A DNA stretch of 64,000 bases, from NCBI GenBank assembly GCA_964624145.1, contig CAZUXT010000009.1, positions 12,269-76,268 of the forward strand. Reading direction: 5' to 3'. This stretch comes from an uncultured Eubacteriales bacterium (GTDB lineage Bacteria; Acidobacteriota; Aminicenantia; Aminicenantales; Aminicenantaceae). This document shows positions 27,937 through 37,865 of the stretch, piece after piece. The notes beneath the pieces were generated by a model that had not been told where the DNA came from, made no database searches, and was given only the letters and a program-made list of their open reading frames with translations. A program made the translations under genes and the position numbers. How positions within the stretch are numbered: the first letter of the stretch is position 1; each line of letters opens with the position of its first letter.

Positions 27937-29583
27937 ATGATCGAGGAACATCTCTTCATTCAAAATAAATGGAAGAGATCAGCAGAGTCAATCGATTCAA
28001 TCAATCCAGCCACTATCGAGCCCATAGGCAGGGCTGGATTGGGATCACAGAAGGACTGCATGGAAGCCATCCAAGCAGCCAAACAAGCGTATCCATCTTG
28101 GAAAGAGAGACCGCTTCAATCAAAAAAAGCCATTTTTAGAAAAGCCAAACAAATACTGCTGGAAAGATACATTGAAATAAGCCAGTTGATCACCGAAGAA
28201 AAAGGATCTCCTCTGCTTGAATCCATGGTCATGGAGGTTATCAGTTCATTGGAGTCCCTGGATTATTATGTCCATAATATGGATGCTCTTCTCAAACCGG
28301 AGAAAATGAAGCATCATATGGTTCTTTTCAATCATAAAAAAGGCTCTTTTCAATACTGTTCTCTGGGACCTATGCTGGTGATATCACCCTGGAATTTTCC
28401 TTTTATGATTCCTTTTTTGGATGTGGTCTCTGGATTAACGGCAGGAAACACTGTGGTGCTCAGACCTTCATCCACCACTCCTTTTTGCGGGCTTTTTATT
28501 GGAGAGGTATTTAAGGAAGCGGGCCTTCCCCCGGGAGTTTTGAACATTGTGCCGTGCCCGGTCAAACAGGCAGAAGAAATGATCACTCATCCGGATATCC
28601 AATTGATATCGTTCACAGGAAGCACATCCACAGGGAAGAGAATCATGGAGCTGGCCAGCCAAAACTTGACCCATATTCATTTGGAATTAGGGGGAAAGGA
28701 TCCTATGATCGTGCTCAAGGATGCGGATATCCAAAGAGCTGTATCAGGGGCTGTCTGGGGAGCCTTTGTCAACTGCGGACAGAGCTGCGGTTCGGTGGAG
28801 AGAGTATATGCGGAGAAGAGCATCGCCTCTGAATTCACACAAAAAGTGGTGGAACTAACAAAAAAACTGAAGATAGGAAATCCCTTACATGAAGGGATTG
28901 ACATTGGACCCACGACCACTCTTAATCAACTGGAAACAGTGGAGGAACATCTTCAGGATGCCCGAAATAAGGGAGCTGAAATCATATACGGAGGAGAAAG
29001 AATAAAGGAGCTGCCCGGATATTTTATCCGTCCTTCGGTTTTATCCCGGGTTGACCATTCCATGAAAATCATGATTGAGGAGACCTTTGGACCGGTTCTT
29101 CCTATCATGAGTTTTTCTGATCTTGAGGAAGCCGCCGCTTTGGCAAACGATTCGCATTACGGGCTGACCGCATCGGTGTGGACAAAAAACCGGAACAAGG
29201 CCCTGAAGATGGCAGATCTGATCTCCACGGGGACAGTGACTATCAATGACCATATGTCCTCTTATTCAGAGCCAGGGGCTGTTTGGGGCGGAATCAAACA
29301 AACCGGAATCGGCCGAAGCCATGGTCCTATTGGATTTAAGGAACTGGTCTATGCTAAATTTATCAGCCGGGATTTCAGCAAAAACAAAAATTTGCTTTGG
29401 TGGTATCCCTATGACAAAGGATTTTTTGAAGTCATAAAAAAGTCTTTTCCCTTGTTTTATTCAGCCCGGCGAGGAAAGAGAGTTAAAACATTAGTCTCAA
29501 TGATACCTTTCTTGTCAAAGATAAAAAAAAGAAGCCCTGTTTTTAATTTCATCAAGGGAATTCCCCGGATACTGAAAAAATGA
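27937..29583 (+). CDS. Aldehyde dehydrogenase family protein
   Basis: PWNFP, FTGST, LELGGKDP (Glu), GQSC (Cys), EETFGP. Confidence 0.95.
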   Translation: MIEEHLFIQNKWKRSAESIDSINPATIEPIGRAGLGSQKDCMEAIQAAKQAYPSWKERPLQSKKAIFRKAKQILLERYIEISQLITEEKGSPLLESMVMEVISSLESLDYYVHNMDALLKPEKMKHHMVLFNHKKGSFQYCSLGPMLVISPWNFPFMIPFLDVVSGLTAGNTVVLRPSSTTPFCGLFIGEVFKEAGLPPGVLNIVPCPVKQAEEMITHPDIQLISFTGSTSTGKRIMELASQNLTHIHLELGGKDPMIVLKDADIQRAVSGAVWGAFVNCGQSCGSVERVYAEKSIASEFTQKVVELTKKLKIGNPLHEGIDIGPTTTLNQLETVEEHLQDARNKGAEIIYGGERIKELPGYFIRPSVLSRVDHSMKIMIEETFGPVLPIMSFSDLEEAAALANDSHYGLTASVWTKNRNKALKMADLISTGTVTINDHMSSYSEPGAVWGGIKQTGIGRSHGPIGFKELVYAKFISRDFSKNKNLLWWYPYDKGFFEVIKKSFPLFYSARRGKRVKTLVSMIPFLSKIKKRSPVFNFIKGIPRILKK

Positions 29584-29644
29584 ACAACCGGGCTTAAACA
29601 ATATCCCACGCTGAATGCAGGGGATTTGAAGATCAAAGAATAAT

Positions 29645-31534
29645 CTATTGAAGCAGGCGGTAAATCAGGATTCTGTTGTCAATAAAGGTGGGAATGACAA
29701 TAAGGTTTTTATGGGGAATAATGAGAAAATTAGCCATTGGAATTCCTTTATTCGTGGAATCCAGCATTTTTGTAATCACACCTTCTGCAGTAATTCTGTA
29801 CAGCCTTCCCTGGTTATGGGAAATCCATATATGACCTTGACCATCTGCTTCAATTCCATCGATCAAACCATCGGAAAACCGGGCTATCCGTTTAATTTTT
29901 TTGGTTTTCAAGTCAATGCTTTTAACTGAGGAGTCCCCGTTACATCCCACAATCAACTGTCCCCTCACGATCTCAATTCCATTTGGCCTAACCACCTGAC
30001 CTGAATCCAGCCATTCTTGAAGAGACCCTCTGTCTTGGGAGACTTGAAATATTTGGCTGGCTCGGAAATCAGACACAAATATATTTCCCTGTTCGTCAAT
30101 TGTGATGTCATTTAAACTAACCGCTTTTTTATAGACATGCCTCACTATTTGTTCGGTATCATCAGTCTTTATCTGCACCAGGGCATTTGGTTCCACAATC
30201 CACAAAGTTTCTCCATCCACAGCCATGCCCATGGGATTATTCAGTCCTTTCAGCCAATGAGGATCGACTTTTTTCTGGCTTAAGTCAAGCCGGCTGACAG
30301 ACTGCAAGTTTCGACCCCCACTCGGACGGTAACCATCATAATTGGAGATGTAAACACAATCATGGATACGGTCATAACACGCGGTTTCCGGTATGGCAAA
30401 GAGACTCGGTGATTCCCAGACTCTTTCCAGAGAGCCATGAACCATTTCCTGGTCCGCTCTTTGCAGAATAAATCCCCATCCGCCAAATACATCTGCCAAA
30501 ACTATGAAAATTTCGTTATTTCCTTTCCTTAACGGAAGATAGAGAGTATCAAACAAACCTACAGTTCCTAAAAATCCTGAATCCCGGCTGGTGTACCCGC
30601 TGTTCCCGCTGAATATGGGTTGTCCATTGCAAAAAACGAAAATCACATCACTATAGCCCAGGTTGAAAGGCTTGACTCCATCTTGATCTGCTTTGAAGTT
30701 GGTTTTGGCATAGATCAGATAGGGTCTGTTCTGGGCCGTGACTTCCTTGGCGACATCCACTATTCCCGATGGACTGGATTTAACGGATTTCCAGTTGATC
30801 TTTTCGAACATTTTTTCTGAAGGATACCTATCCAGAGGACAATGGTCATAATAGTCCAAAGGTTGAGAGATATCCCAGTCGGTCATAATATTGGAAGGTG
30901 TGACAAGATAAGGAAGAGGGGGAAAGTCTGTTGGTTCCTGGAGAGTGTATGAGAAATTAGAAAAATAGGCAGAGCCGTCTTCCGGGCTTAAGAGCCCTAT
31001 TTTTCCTTTACTTAACCCATGCTCCAGATGAAAAATTTCCAGGTTCGGCTTATCTGAATTCCCGATAAAAACCTGGCCTCGATCTCCCATGACTTCCAGG
31101 CGAATATGAATCCATTCTCCTTCTGGTATGGATAAAGGAGCGGTGTATCCTGTTCCTGTGTATAACTGCCATCCGTCAATCCCGTTTATAGTAGGCACAT
31201 ACTGAAGGGCATCCTCATAGAGTCCGGCCCGGTGGGGGCGGATATAAACTCTCTCCCGGTTAAACTGGGATTGCATGCGGAAAATAATTCCAGGGTATGA
31301 GCGCCTGCCATCAACAGCCACATCCACTTCAATAATCCCGTCTTCGAATTCGATTCCTTTCAATAAAGCTGTCCCCATAAAAGCTTTTCTGCCCAGGTGA
31401 TCGACTATTTTTCCTGAAAAAATCTGCCAGTTTTCTGAATTAAAATCATTATTTCCTGTTTCTGCTTGGACTGTGGTCAAAAAAATGATCAATAAGCACA
31501 GAATCAAACATTTAGTCTTCATATGAATAGCCAT
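29645..31534 (-). CDS. Exported modular protein: ConA-like/DUF1080 domain, beta-sandwich linker domain, SMP-30/gluconolactonase-like propeller
   Basis: AGGAGG RBS; signal peptide; WIHIRLEV...GKIGL...YFSNF; C-terminal PET, LNNPMG, LNDITID, PNGI, IDGI blades. Confidence 0.75.
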   Translation of the reverse strand: MAIHMKTKCLILCLLIIFLTTVQAETGNNDFNSENWQIFSGKIVDHLGRKAFMGTALLKGIEFEDGIIEVDVAVDGRRSYPGIIFRMQSQFNRERVYIRPHRAGLYEDALQYVPTINGIDGWQLYTGTGYTAPLSIPEGEWIHIRLEVMGDRGQVFIGNSDKPNLEIFHLEHGLSKGKIGLLSPEDGSAYFSNFSYTLQEPTDFPPLPYLVTPSNIMTDWDISQPLDYYDHCPLDRYPSEKMFEKINWKSVKSSPSGIVDVAKEVTAQNRPYLIYAKTNFKADQDGVKPFNLGYSDVIFVFCNGQPIFSGNSGYTSRDSGFLGTVGLFDTLYLPLRKGNNEIFIVLADVFGGWGFILQRADQEMVHGSLERVWESPSLFAIPETACYDRIHDCVYISNYDGYRPSGGRNLQSVSRLDLSQKKVDPHWLKGLNNPMGMAVDGETLWIVEPNALVQIKTDDTEQIVRHVYKKAVSLNDITIDEQGNIFVSDFRASQIFQVSQDRGSLQEWLDSGQVVRPNGIEIVRGQLIVGCNGDSSVKSIDLKTKKIKRIARFSDGLIDGIEADGQGHIWISHNQGRLYRITAEGVITKMLDSTNKGIPMANFLIIPHKNLIVIPTFIDNRILIYRLLQ

Positions 31535-31734
31535 TTGAATCCTCCTTTTTTATTCATGATCATTATTTTTTGTTGCTTCTCAGGCACAGTGAGATTTTTT
31601 TTATATCCGAAGCTGCAGCACCTGAAAACAAACAATATGATTATAATGACAACAATAATAAATGTCATGATATCAAGTAAAGAGTCTCGTGTCTTATTTT
31701 TGAACGGATTATACTTTTTTTTCCCCACAGCCAT
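31519..31734 (-). CDS. Possible small single-TM protein (71 aa)
   Basis: Hydrophobic stretch IMTFIIVVIIIILFVF; overlaps the next gene by 16 nt; no RBS. Confidence 0.4.
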   Translation of the reverse strand: MAVGKKKYNPFKNKTRDSLLDIMTFIIVVIIIILFVFRCCSFGYKKNLTVPEKQQKIMIMNKKGGFKWLFI

Positions 31735-31761
31735 AGATTAGGGCATTTATTTTAATTTCCA

Positions 31762-31804
31762 ATAGGACAAACATCACTAATACTGAAATAAGACAAAAGT
31801 ACTA
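31762..31804 (-). promoter_or_regulatory. Conserved motif copy B (TAGTACTTTTGTCTTATTT, 31804-31786) plus second repeat (TAGTGATGTTTGTCCTAT, 31779-31762)
   Basis: Near-identical to copies A and C; lies in the divergent intergenic region of the propeller-LuxR gene. Confidence 0.75.
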
Positions 31805-31869
31805 AATGCTGGAAAAACATACTTTTATGAGTATAATGATTCGATAACCGTTTTATTTATTCAAAACAA

Positions 31870-34593
31870 ATGAAACCCAACAACTCATATCTTGTGAGAC
31901 AAAAAAAAAGAATGGCCTTGCACCTGGTCGCCTTATGTATGATTCTTCCACCGCTGTTATCCGGTCCTGCCCAAAACAATTTGAAATTCAATCACTTATC
32001 TGTTGAAGAAGGGCTCTCAAATAGCCAGGTGAACTGCATGCTTCAGGACAGCAGGGGATTCTTTTGGATCGGAACCCAGGATGGACTGAACCGCTTTGAT
32101 GGCCATTCCTTTGTGGTTTTTCAGAAACAACAGAGTAATCCCAATTCAATTTCCGGAAACGGAGTCTGGGCCTTATGTGAAGACAGAAAGGGAAATATAT
32201 GGATAGGCACTTATGGACAGGGTTTAAATAAACTGAATACCCGGACCGGACAGTTTACTCATTATAAAAATGTCAAAGGAGATCCGCATTCATTATGTGA
32301 TAACCGGGTTGTCACTCTGTTTGAAGATTCGCATGAAAGGATATGGGTGGGAACAGATCAGGGTGGTTTCTGCTGGTTCGAACCAAAAGAGGCAATTTTC
32401 CAACAACCCGAAGAAATAAAGAACAGAAAAAACAATAGAGGAAGCCGGATCTTCTGTTTTCTTGAAGATGATCCGGGGGAGATCTGGATTGGTTCGGACT
32501 CAGGGATTTTAAGATATGAGCCTGAAACCGGGATATTCTCAGATGTCTTTGACTCGGCTCATAAAGAATCCTTTTCTTTAAACAGGGGGGTTTTTGATAT
32601 CTTAAAGGAAGAAAACGGCCGGATATGGTTAGGTCTCCGGCATGGTATCCTGGAATTCGATCCGGAGAAAAAGAGGGGTTTCCTGTATCCCTTTGATCCT
32701 GATTATAAAACTGACTCCAGCGTTGATCTTTGGGAGGATTCATCCGGAATTATTTGGTCAGTCCGCGGAAGCGCGGGGTTAGAACGGGTGGATCGTGAAA
32801 ATAAAAATCTAATTCACTATCCGATAGATCCCTATGATCCCTATGGTTTGAGCACTGATGAGCTCTCATGTCTATTTGAGGATAAATCAGGTTTGTTATG
32901 GATAGGAACCAATGACGGGATATTCCAGTTGAATGAAAGGCGGTTCTCAATCACTCATTACTACCAGAAATTACAAGACAAAATAAGCTTGAGTGATAAC
33001 AGAGTGGCTGCTATTCTTGAAGATAGTTCTGGTTTTCTCTGGTTCGGAACATCAGAAGGATTGAGCCAGTTTGACCGCAAATCCAACAAATTTATTCACT
33101 TTCAGCAAGGATTCCCCAATTCCATCAGCCAGAACCAGGTGTGGGCTTTGGAGGAAGATATCAACAAAAGATTGTGGATAGGCACTTTTGGTGAAGGAGT
33201 GTATCTCCTAGACCTCAAAACAGGGAAACTCACACATTTTCGAAATAGGCCTAACGATCCAAAGAGTTTGAGTCATGATGTGGCCTTAGAAATATATAGG
33301 GATCACAAAAGAAGGATGTGGGTGGGAACAGACGGAGGGGGACTGAATTTGTATGACAAAGAAGAAAACGGCTTTATCCGTTTTCAGCATGATCCAAGAA
33401 ATCCTTCTTCCATCGGCAGTGATATTGTCATGGACATCATGCAGGATCAAAAGGGCTATTATTGGGTAGCAACGTGGGGTGGAGGACTGAACCGGTTTGA
33501 TGGACAAACCAACAATTTTACGCATTTCAATCATGATTCTGAAGACCCAGATTCACTGAGCTTTGATATTGTCCTTTGTGTTATAGAAGATAAGAAAGGA
33601 AATATCTGGGCAGGAACGTATGGCGGTGGGTTGAACAGGTTGAATCCCGAATCCGAAACATTCAATCACTTTACAGTGGAGGACGGCCTTCCCAATAATA
33701 ATGTTTTGGGAATACTGGAAGACTCTCAGGGTGTTCTGTGGTTCAGCACTTATTCGGGGTTGGCTCGATTTAATCCGGATAGTCAGGCTTGTATTACCTT
33801 TAATCAACAGGATGGAATTCTAAGTAACGAGTTCAATATCGGAGCCTATTATAAGACGCGTCAAGGAGAGCTTTTTTTTGGTGGGAAAAAGGGTGTCTCG
33901 GCTTTCTTCCCTGAAGATTTAAAGAAGAGTACTTTTCTACATCCTCTTCGTTTTAGCTCTCTTGAGATATTTGGGAAAGAGGGTGGAAAAGAATACTTTA
34001 TTTCAGAGAAAACAAAAGTAAAAATTTCTTATAAAGATTCTTTCCAGTTGAGTTTCTCCTCTATGGATTACAACAATTCAGACAAAAATCAATACGCTTA
34101 TAAGATGGGAGGATACCAGGCTGATTGGATTGAACTGGGGAATAAAAACACCCTCACTTTTGCCAATTTAAAACCTGGTTCTTATAAATTAAGAGTGAAA
34201 GGCACAAACAGTGACGGAGTATGGAATCCGGAGGAGGCTTCTCTTGCCATTCATGTCTCGCCGCCTTTCTGGGGTACCTGGTGGTTTCGTGCTTTCATTG
34301 TTCTTATCGGAGCGGCCTTGTTAATTAACTGGCACCAAAACCGGATGCAGAGGTTAACGAGACGTTTGAAAACTGAAGCCCAGGTAGAACGCTTGTGTTT
34401 GAAATATAAAATATCTGAAAGGGAGATCGAGATCATAAAGTTATTATTAAGGGGCTTTAATAGGGCTCAGGTTGCGGATAAACTCTTTATTTCAGAATTA
34501 ACGGTGAGAAACCATATCTATTCTATATATAAAAAACTGGGCATAAAGAATCGAGCCCAGTTGTTGGAGCTCTTCCGCTATATGGACCGTTAG
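31870..34593 (+). CDS. Transmembrane sensor-regulator: two-component-type beta-propeller repeats, Y_Y_Y domain, TM helix, LuxR-type HTH
   Basis: About 14 Reg_prop repeats (D.kG.lWiGT.g.GL); YAYKMGG...LKPGSYKLRVKG...PPFWGTWWF; C-terminal ISERE...RAQVADKLFISELTVRNHIYSIYKKLGIKNR; no H-box, ATPase or receiver domain. Confidence 0.92.
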   Translation: MKPNNSYLVRQKKRMALHLVALCMILPPLLSGPAQNNLKFNHLSVEEGLSNSQVNCMLQDSRGFFWIGTQDGLNRFDGHSFVVFQKQQSNPNSISGNGVWALCEDRKGNIWIGTYGQGLNKLNTRTGQFTHYKNVKGDPHSLCDNRVVTLFEDSHERIWVGTDQGGFCWFEPKEAIFQQPEEIKNRKNNRGSRIFCFLEDDPGEIWIGSDSGILRYEPETGIFSDVFDSAHKESFSLNRGVFDILKEENGRIWLGLRHGILEFDPEKKRGFLYPFDPDYKTDSSVDLWEDSSGIIWSVRGSAGLERVDRENKNLIHYPIDPYDPYGLSTDELSCLFEDKSGLLWIGTNDGIFQLNERRFSITHYYQKLQDKISLSDNRVAAILEDSSGFLWFGTSEGLSQFDRKSNKFIHFQQGFPNSISQNQVWALEEDINKRLWIGTFGEGVYLLDLKTGKLTHFRNRPNDPKSLSHDVALEIYRDHKRRMWVGTDGGGLNLYDKEENGFIRFQHDPRNPSSIGSDIVMDIMQDQKGYYWVATWGGGLNRFDGQTNNFTHFNHDSEDPDSLSFDIVLCVIEDKKGNIWAGTYGGGLNRLNPESETFNHFTVEDGLPNNNVLGILEDSQGVLWFSTYSGLARFNPDSQACITFNQQDGILSNEFNIGAYYKTRQGELFFGGKKGVSAFFPEDLKKSTFLHPLRFSSLEIFGKEGGKEYFISEKTKVKISYKDSFQLSFSSMDYNNSDKNQYAYKMGGYQADWIELGNKNTLTFANLKPGSYKLRVKGTNSDGVWNPEEASLAIHVSPPFWGTWWFRAFIVLIGAALLINWHQNRMQRLTRRLKTEAQVERLCLKYKISEREIEIIKLLLRGFNRAQVADKLFISELTVRNHIYSIYKKLGIKNRAQLLELFRYMDR

Positions 34594-34642
34594 AGTTTCT
34601 ATTGGTGTTTGTTTTCAGAGTCTTTATAGGTCCATAGATTCT

Positions 34643-35266
34643 TCAGTAATTTTTTGATTTGAATAGCTTAGGAAAATATTTCCCTGTTTTCTTGATGTAA
34701 TTTTGATAGTCTTCACCGAACCTCTCCAGCAGTTGTTTTTCTTCATAGGGGGACCTAACAAGGCAGACAATAACAGAAACAGCTATTAAGAGGATTCCAA
34801 GAGCCCAGTTTGAGGTGATTAAAAAAGCGGAGACCATGAACGGAATGAAAGCCACATTTATGGGATGCCTTAGGTAGCTGTAGACTCCTGTGGTTATGAG
34901 TGAATGGTTTTTATGGAATCCTCTGGTTCCATGATATTCGGTTTTGATTGAACGGAAAGCCCACCAGAAAAAACCCATTGAAAAGCCTAGAAGTATAAGC
35001 CCTATCCAGTTTATCAGCAGGGGAAAGTCCAGATATGCCCAGGAAAAATAAGTTTTTGGAAGCAGCCACTCTATAAGGAACACATAACCGGGGAAGCCCA
35101 GGATGCCCCGAATCCATAATAATGATTTTAATTCGGTTTTGTGGGCATTGAATTCATCAAAAGAGCACTGGTGTTTATTTTGAGCTCTTTTTGTCGCATT
35201 CTTAGTGAATACAATGATGAGAGTAAAGGCGCTAATAAAAACGGCTTTAAATATCCATATAACCAT
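34643..35266 (-). CDS. Isoprenylcysteine carboxyl methyltransferase (ICMT/PEMT) family membrane protein
   Basis: LITTGVYSYLRHP, EEKQLLERFGEDY...TGKYFP. Confidence 0.9.
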   Translation of the reverse strand: MVIWIFKAVFISAFTLIIVFTKNATKRAQNKHQCSFDEFNAHKTELKSLLWIRGILGFPGYVFLIEWLLPKTYFSWAYLDFPLLINWIGLILLGFSMGFFWWAFRSIKTEYHGTRGFHKNHSLITTGVYSYLRHPINVAFIPFMVSAFLITSNWALGILLIAVSVIVCLVRSPYEEKQLLERFGEDYQNYIKKTGKYFPKLFKSKNY

Positions 35267-35301
35267 GATTCTCTTCCTTTCTTTTTATTGATCGTTTCAT
35301 T

Positions 35302-36360
35302 TTAGATGCTATTAAAATTTAAAAAAGACTCTTTTATCTTTTCATGAAAATCAAAGAGAAAGTCTGATCTCATCCAGTAAATATCCGACTTTCCATTTTG
35401 TGGTTCTTTATGGATTCTCCGCAGAAGATCCAGGGAAAGCTGATCATGGCTGAGCTGGTCTGAGAATTTATTTCTTGAGGCTCCAAAAAAGAAATATTTT
35501 CCATCAGGCGACACATACTGAGAGGAGGCATTTTGCTCAGGTTCGTTAACTTTTTCACCAAGATTAATGCCTTCTGACCAGTTGTCATTTTTATCTCGAA
35601 AAAAGATATAGTGATCAGATAATCCGGGTGATACGGAATCATCTCGGCCTGCTACACAGGCTATCAAGAAACGTTCCTCTGGATCAATAAAGGCATTGTA
35701 TGGATTTCCTTTTTCGTTGATTTCCTTTGGCAGTAATTCTGGTTCCCTATATTTACCGTTGATATATTCAGATCGGAAGATGTTTGTTTTTCCTGAATTT
35801 TTATCAGAACGTGTGAAATAGAGAGTTCTTTGATGAGTAACTGAGGGATAGTATTCGTTATTGTCCGTATTAATCGGAAAACCGATATTATAAACTTTTC
35901 CCCAGGTGCCGTTATCAAGCCGGTCGACTGCCCAGATATTTTGATAGAACCAACCGGGTTTGGGTTCTTTTCCTTCAGGAGGTCGGGTGCAGAGAAAAAG
36001 AAGCCTTTTTCCGTCCGGAGTGACATGTGGTTCCAGATAGAGACACCTTGGGTCCCTGGCAAATGAAGCCACTTCTAAAGGACTCCATGTGCTGTCTTTA
36101 TATTGAGTGTAAATAATGGTGGCATAGAATCCGTAAGCCACTCCGAAATACATCTCCTTTCCGTCCGGTGTCATAGTCACGTCTCTCTCAAAGCAACCTG
36201 TTGAAACAGTCCCGGGCTTAAAAATTTCCGGATCATCTCCGGGTGTTGCCTGTCCAAAATATTCATTTTCAACTAAGGGAATGGATTCCTTTTTTTCACA
36301 ACTCATAAAAATAAAAATGAAGAGGATGATTAAAAGCAATGTGATGACGACTCTGGTCAT
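35302..36360 (-). CDS. PD40/TolB-like beta-propeller lipoprotein
   Basis: Lipobox FMSC; repeats MTPDGKEMYF, VTPDGKRLLF, VSPDGKYFFF; start MTRVV with AAGGAG RBS. Confidence 0.85.
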   Translation of the reverse strand: MTRVVITLLLIILFIFIFMSCEKKESIPLVENEYFGQATPGDDPEIFKPGTVSTGCFERDVTMTPDGKEMYFGVAYGFYATIIYTQYKDSTWSPLEVASFARDPRCLYLEPHVTPDGKRLLFLCTRPPEGKEPKPGWFYQNIWAVDRLDNGTWGKVYNIGFPINTDNNEYYPSVTHQRTLYFTRSDKNSGKTNIFRSEYINGKYREPELLPKEINEKGNPYNAFIDPEERFLIACVAGRDDSVSPGLSDHYIFFRDKNDNWSEGINLGEKVNEPEQNASSQYVSPDGKYFFFGASRNKFSDQLSHDQLSLDLLRRIHKEPQNGKSDIYWMRSDFLFDFHEKIKESFLNFNSI

Positions 36361-36433
36361 GAGTGTTTTCTCCTTATCTGTAATGATTCCAGATTTATCA
36401 AGAATCAAGTTTTCTAAAATAGAAAAACTTGGT

Positions 36434-37816
36434 TTAATGGATCACCTTCTCAAGGACCACGCTGCGTCTTAAAAACTGGAGTTCGATTTGATCCACGACA
36501 CCCATATCGCTCCTGTAAAACGAAACTTTCCAAGGATCATGATCACAGTAAAACGTATCTTTGCCTATGGGGTATATTTTATTCAGGCTGTTATCATCAA
36601 GCATTAGACATCCGTCAGAGATAAAAATGTTGACTCCAGCCCTATCGGGAGCTTCTTTCCAGGAATAAAACCCCACATATTCGTCATATAGACTTGGATC
36701 CATGGGAATGGGCTCAGGCCTTACCCAATCATATTCCATAGGTGTTTTCCCGTATTGGTCCTTTGCGCTCATGGGCACACCTTTTTGTTTGAGCATTTCA
36801 TAGAGATGGCGGTGACCGCATTTGGCTGCTAAATGCAGGGCATTCCATCCTTCTTTGGTTGTTTCTTTGGGGCTGGCACCTTTTTCAAATAAAAAGAGTA
36901 CGGCCTCTTTATTGCCGCGCTGCACAGCTCTCAGCATGGGTGTGTACTCACCAAAAATATCCTTCACTTTTAAGCAGGGGGCTCCTCCCTTAGAGAACAA
37001 GAGTTCCAGCATATCTGGACGGTCGTGCTGGCAGACGCAGTGCATGGATGTGGTACTGGCACGGGTTATGATATTAACATCAGCTCCTAATTTGATAAGA
37101 TACTGAAAAATATCCCATTTGCTGTAAGCTGCAGACAAAGTGAGAGGAGTGTGTCCGACCAGACTGTCTTTGGCATTCAATAGGTTTTGGTGGGAAGATA
37201 GAATGGATTTGACATTTTCGAGATTTCCGTCCCGGACCGCTTTATGGATATCAGGATAAGTGGCTTCATTTATTTCAATCTTCTTCAGCGCATACTTAAG
37301 TATTGGATCCTCAGCAGGAGGAAGGTCAGAGGCACAGGGCTGAATGATATGTTCAGGAATGACACCTCTACCGAAGTGGGGAGGAGATTTGCTGTCCAGC
37401 AGGACATAACCCAGAGGGATGCTTATCCTGTGTGAATTGAGAAAATGGGAGTGATTGAGAGATGGTTTGATTTCAGTATGACCGCAGCGGATAGAGCTCA
37501 CAAATGGTGCCAGAAGGCGGTAAAATTGCATTTCTGTCATTTCACGGTCAAGTTCTTTTTTAATTGCATTGGTTTGATCATTAAATCCATCCGGGCTTAT
37601 GTAAGCATAGAGATGACCGTGAGCCTGTTTTAAGGTGGTGACAAGTGCATTGAAATCTTGCTCAAGTTCTGTCGGAGTGTATTTTTTTTCCGGATTATAG
37701 GGATGGGAGATATTTTCATTTGAACAATTAAAGAAAAGAACAATCAATACACAAAGAATCATGAAAAGTATTTTTCTGCGTTGCATTTCAAAACCTACGG
37801 TATTTTTTTGGATCAT
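36434..37816 (-). CDS. Lipoprotein: S41 peptidase N- and C-terminal remnants, ankyrin repeats, DUF3471-like domain
   Basis: Lipobox FFNC; S41-like YTPTELEQDF...CGHT joined to GRGVIPEH...DPILKYALK; ankyrins GHTPL, TPMLRAV, GWNALHLAA, GKTP; start may be 37786. Confidence 0.8.
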   Translation of the reverse strand: MIQKNTVGFEMQRRKILFMILCVLIVLFFNCSNENISHPYNPEKKYTPTELEQDFNALVTTLKQAHGHLYAYISPDGFNDQTNAIKKELDREMTEMQFYRLLAPFVSSIRCGHTEIKPSLNHSHFLNSHRISIPLGYVLLDSKSPPHFGRGVIPEHIIQPCASDLPPAEDPILKYALKKIEINEATYPDIHKAVRDGNLENVKSILSSHQNLLNAKDSLVGHTPLTLSAAYSKWDIFQYLIKLGADVNIITRASTTSMHCVCQHDRPDMLELLFSKGGAPCLKVKDIFGEYTPMLRAVQRGNKEAVLFLFEKGASPKETTKEGWNALHLAAKCGHRHLYEMLKQKGVPMSAKDQYGKTPMEYDWVRPEPIPMDPSLYDEYVGFYSWKEAPDRAGVNIFISDGCLMLDDNSLNKIYPIGKDTFYCDHDPWKVSFYRSDMGVVDQIELQFLRRSVVLEKVIH

Positions 37817-37865
37817 TCATGGTAACTGAATGTATAAAATAGGGGAGTTAAAGGAGTCATGTAAA

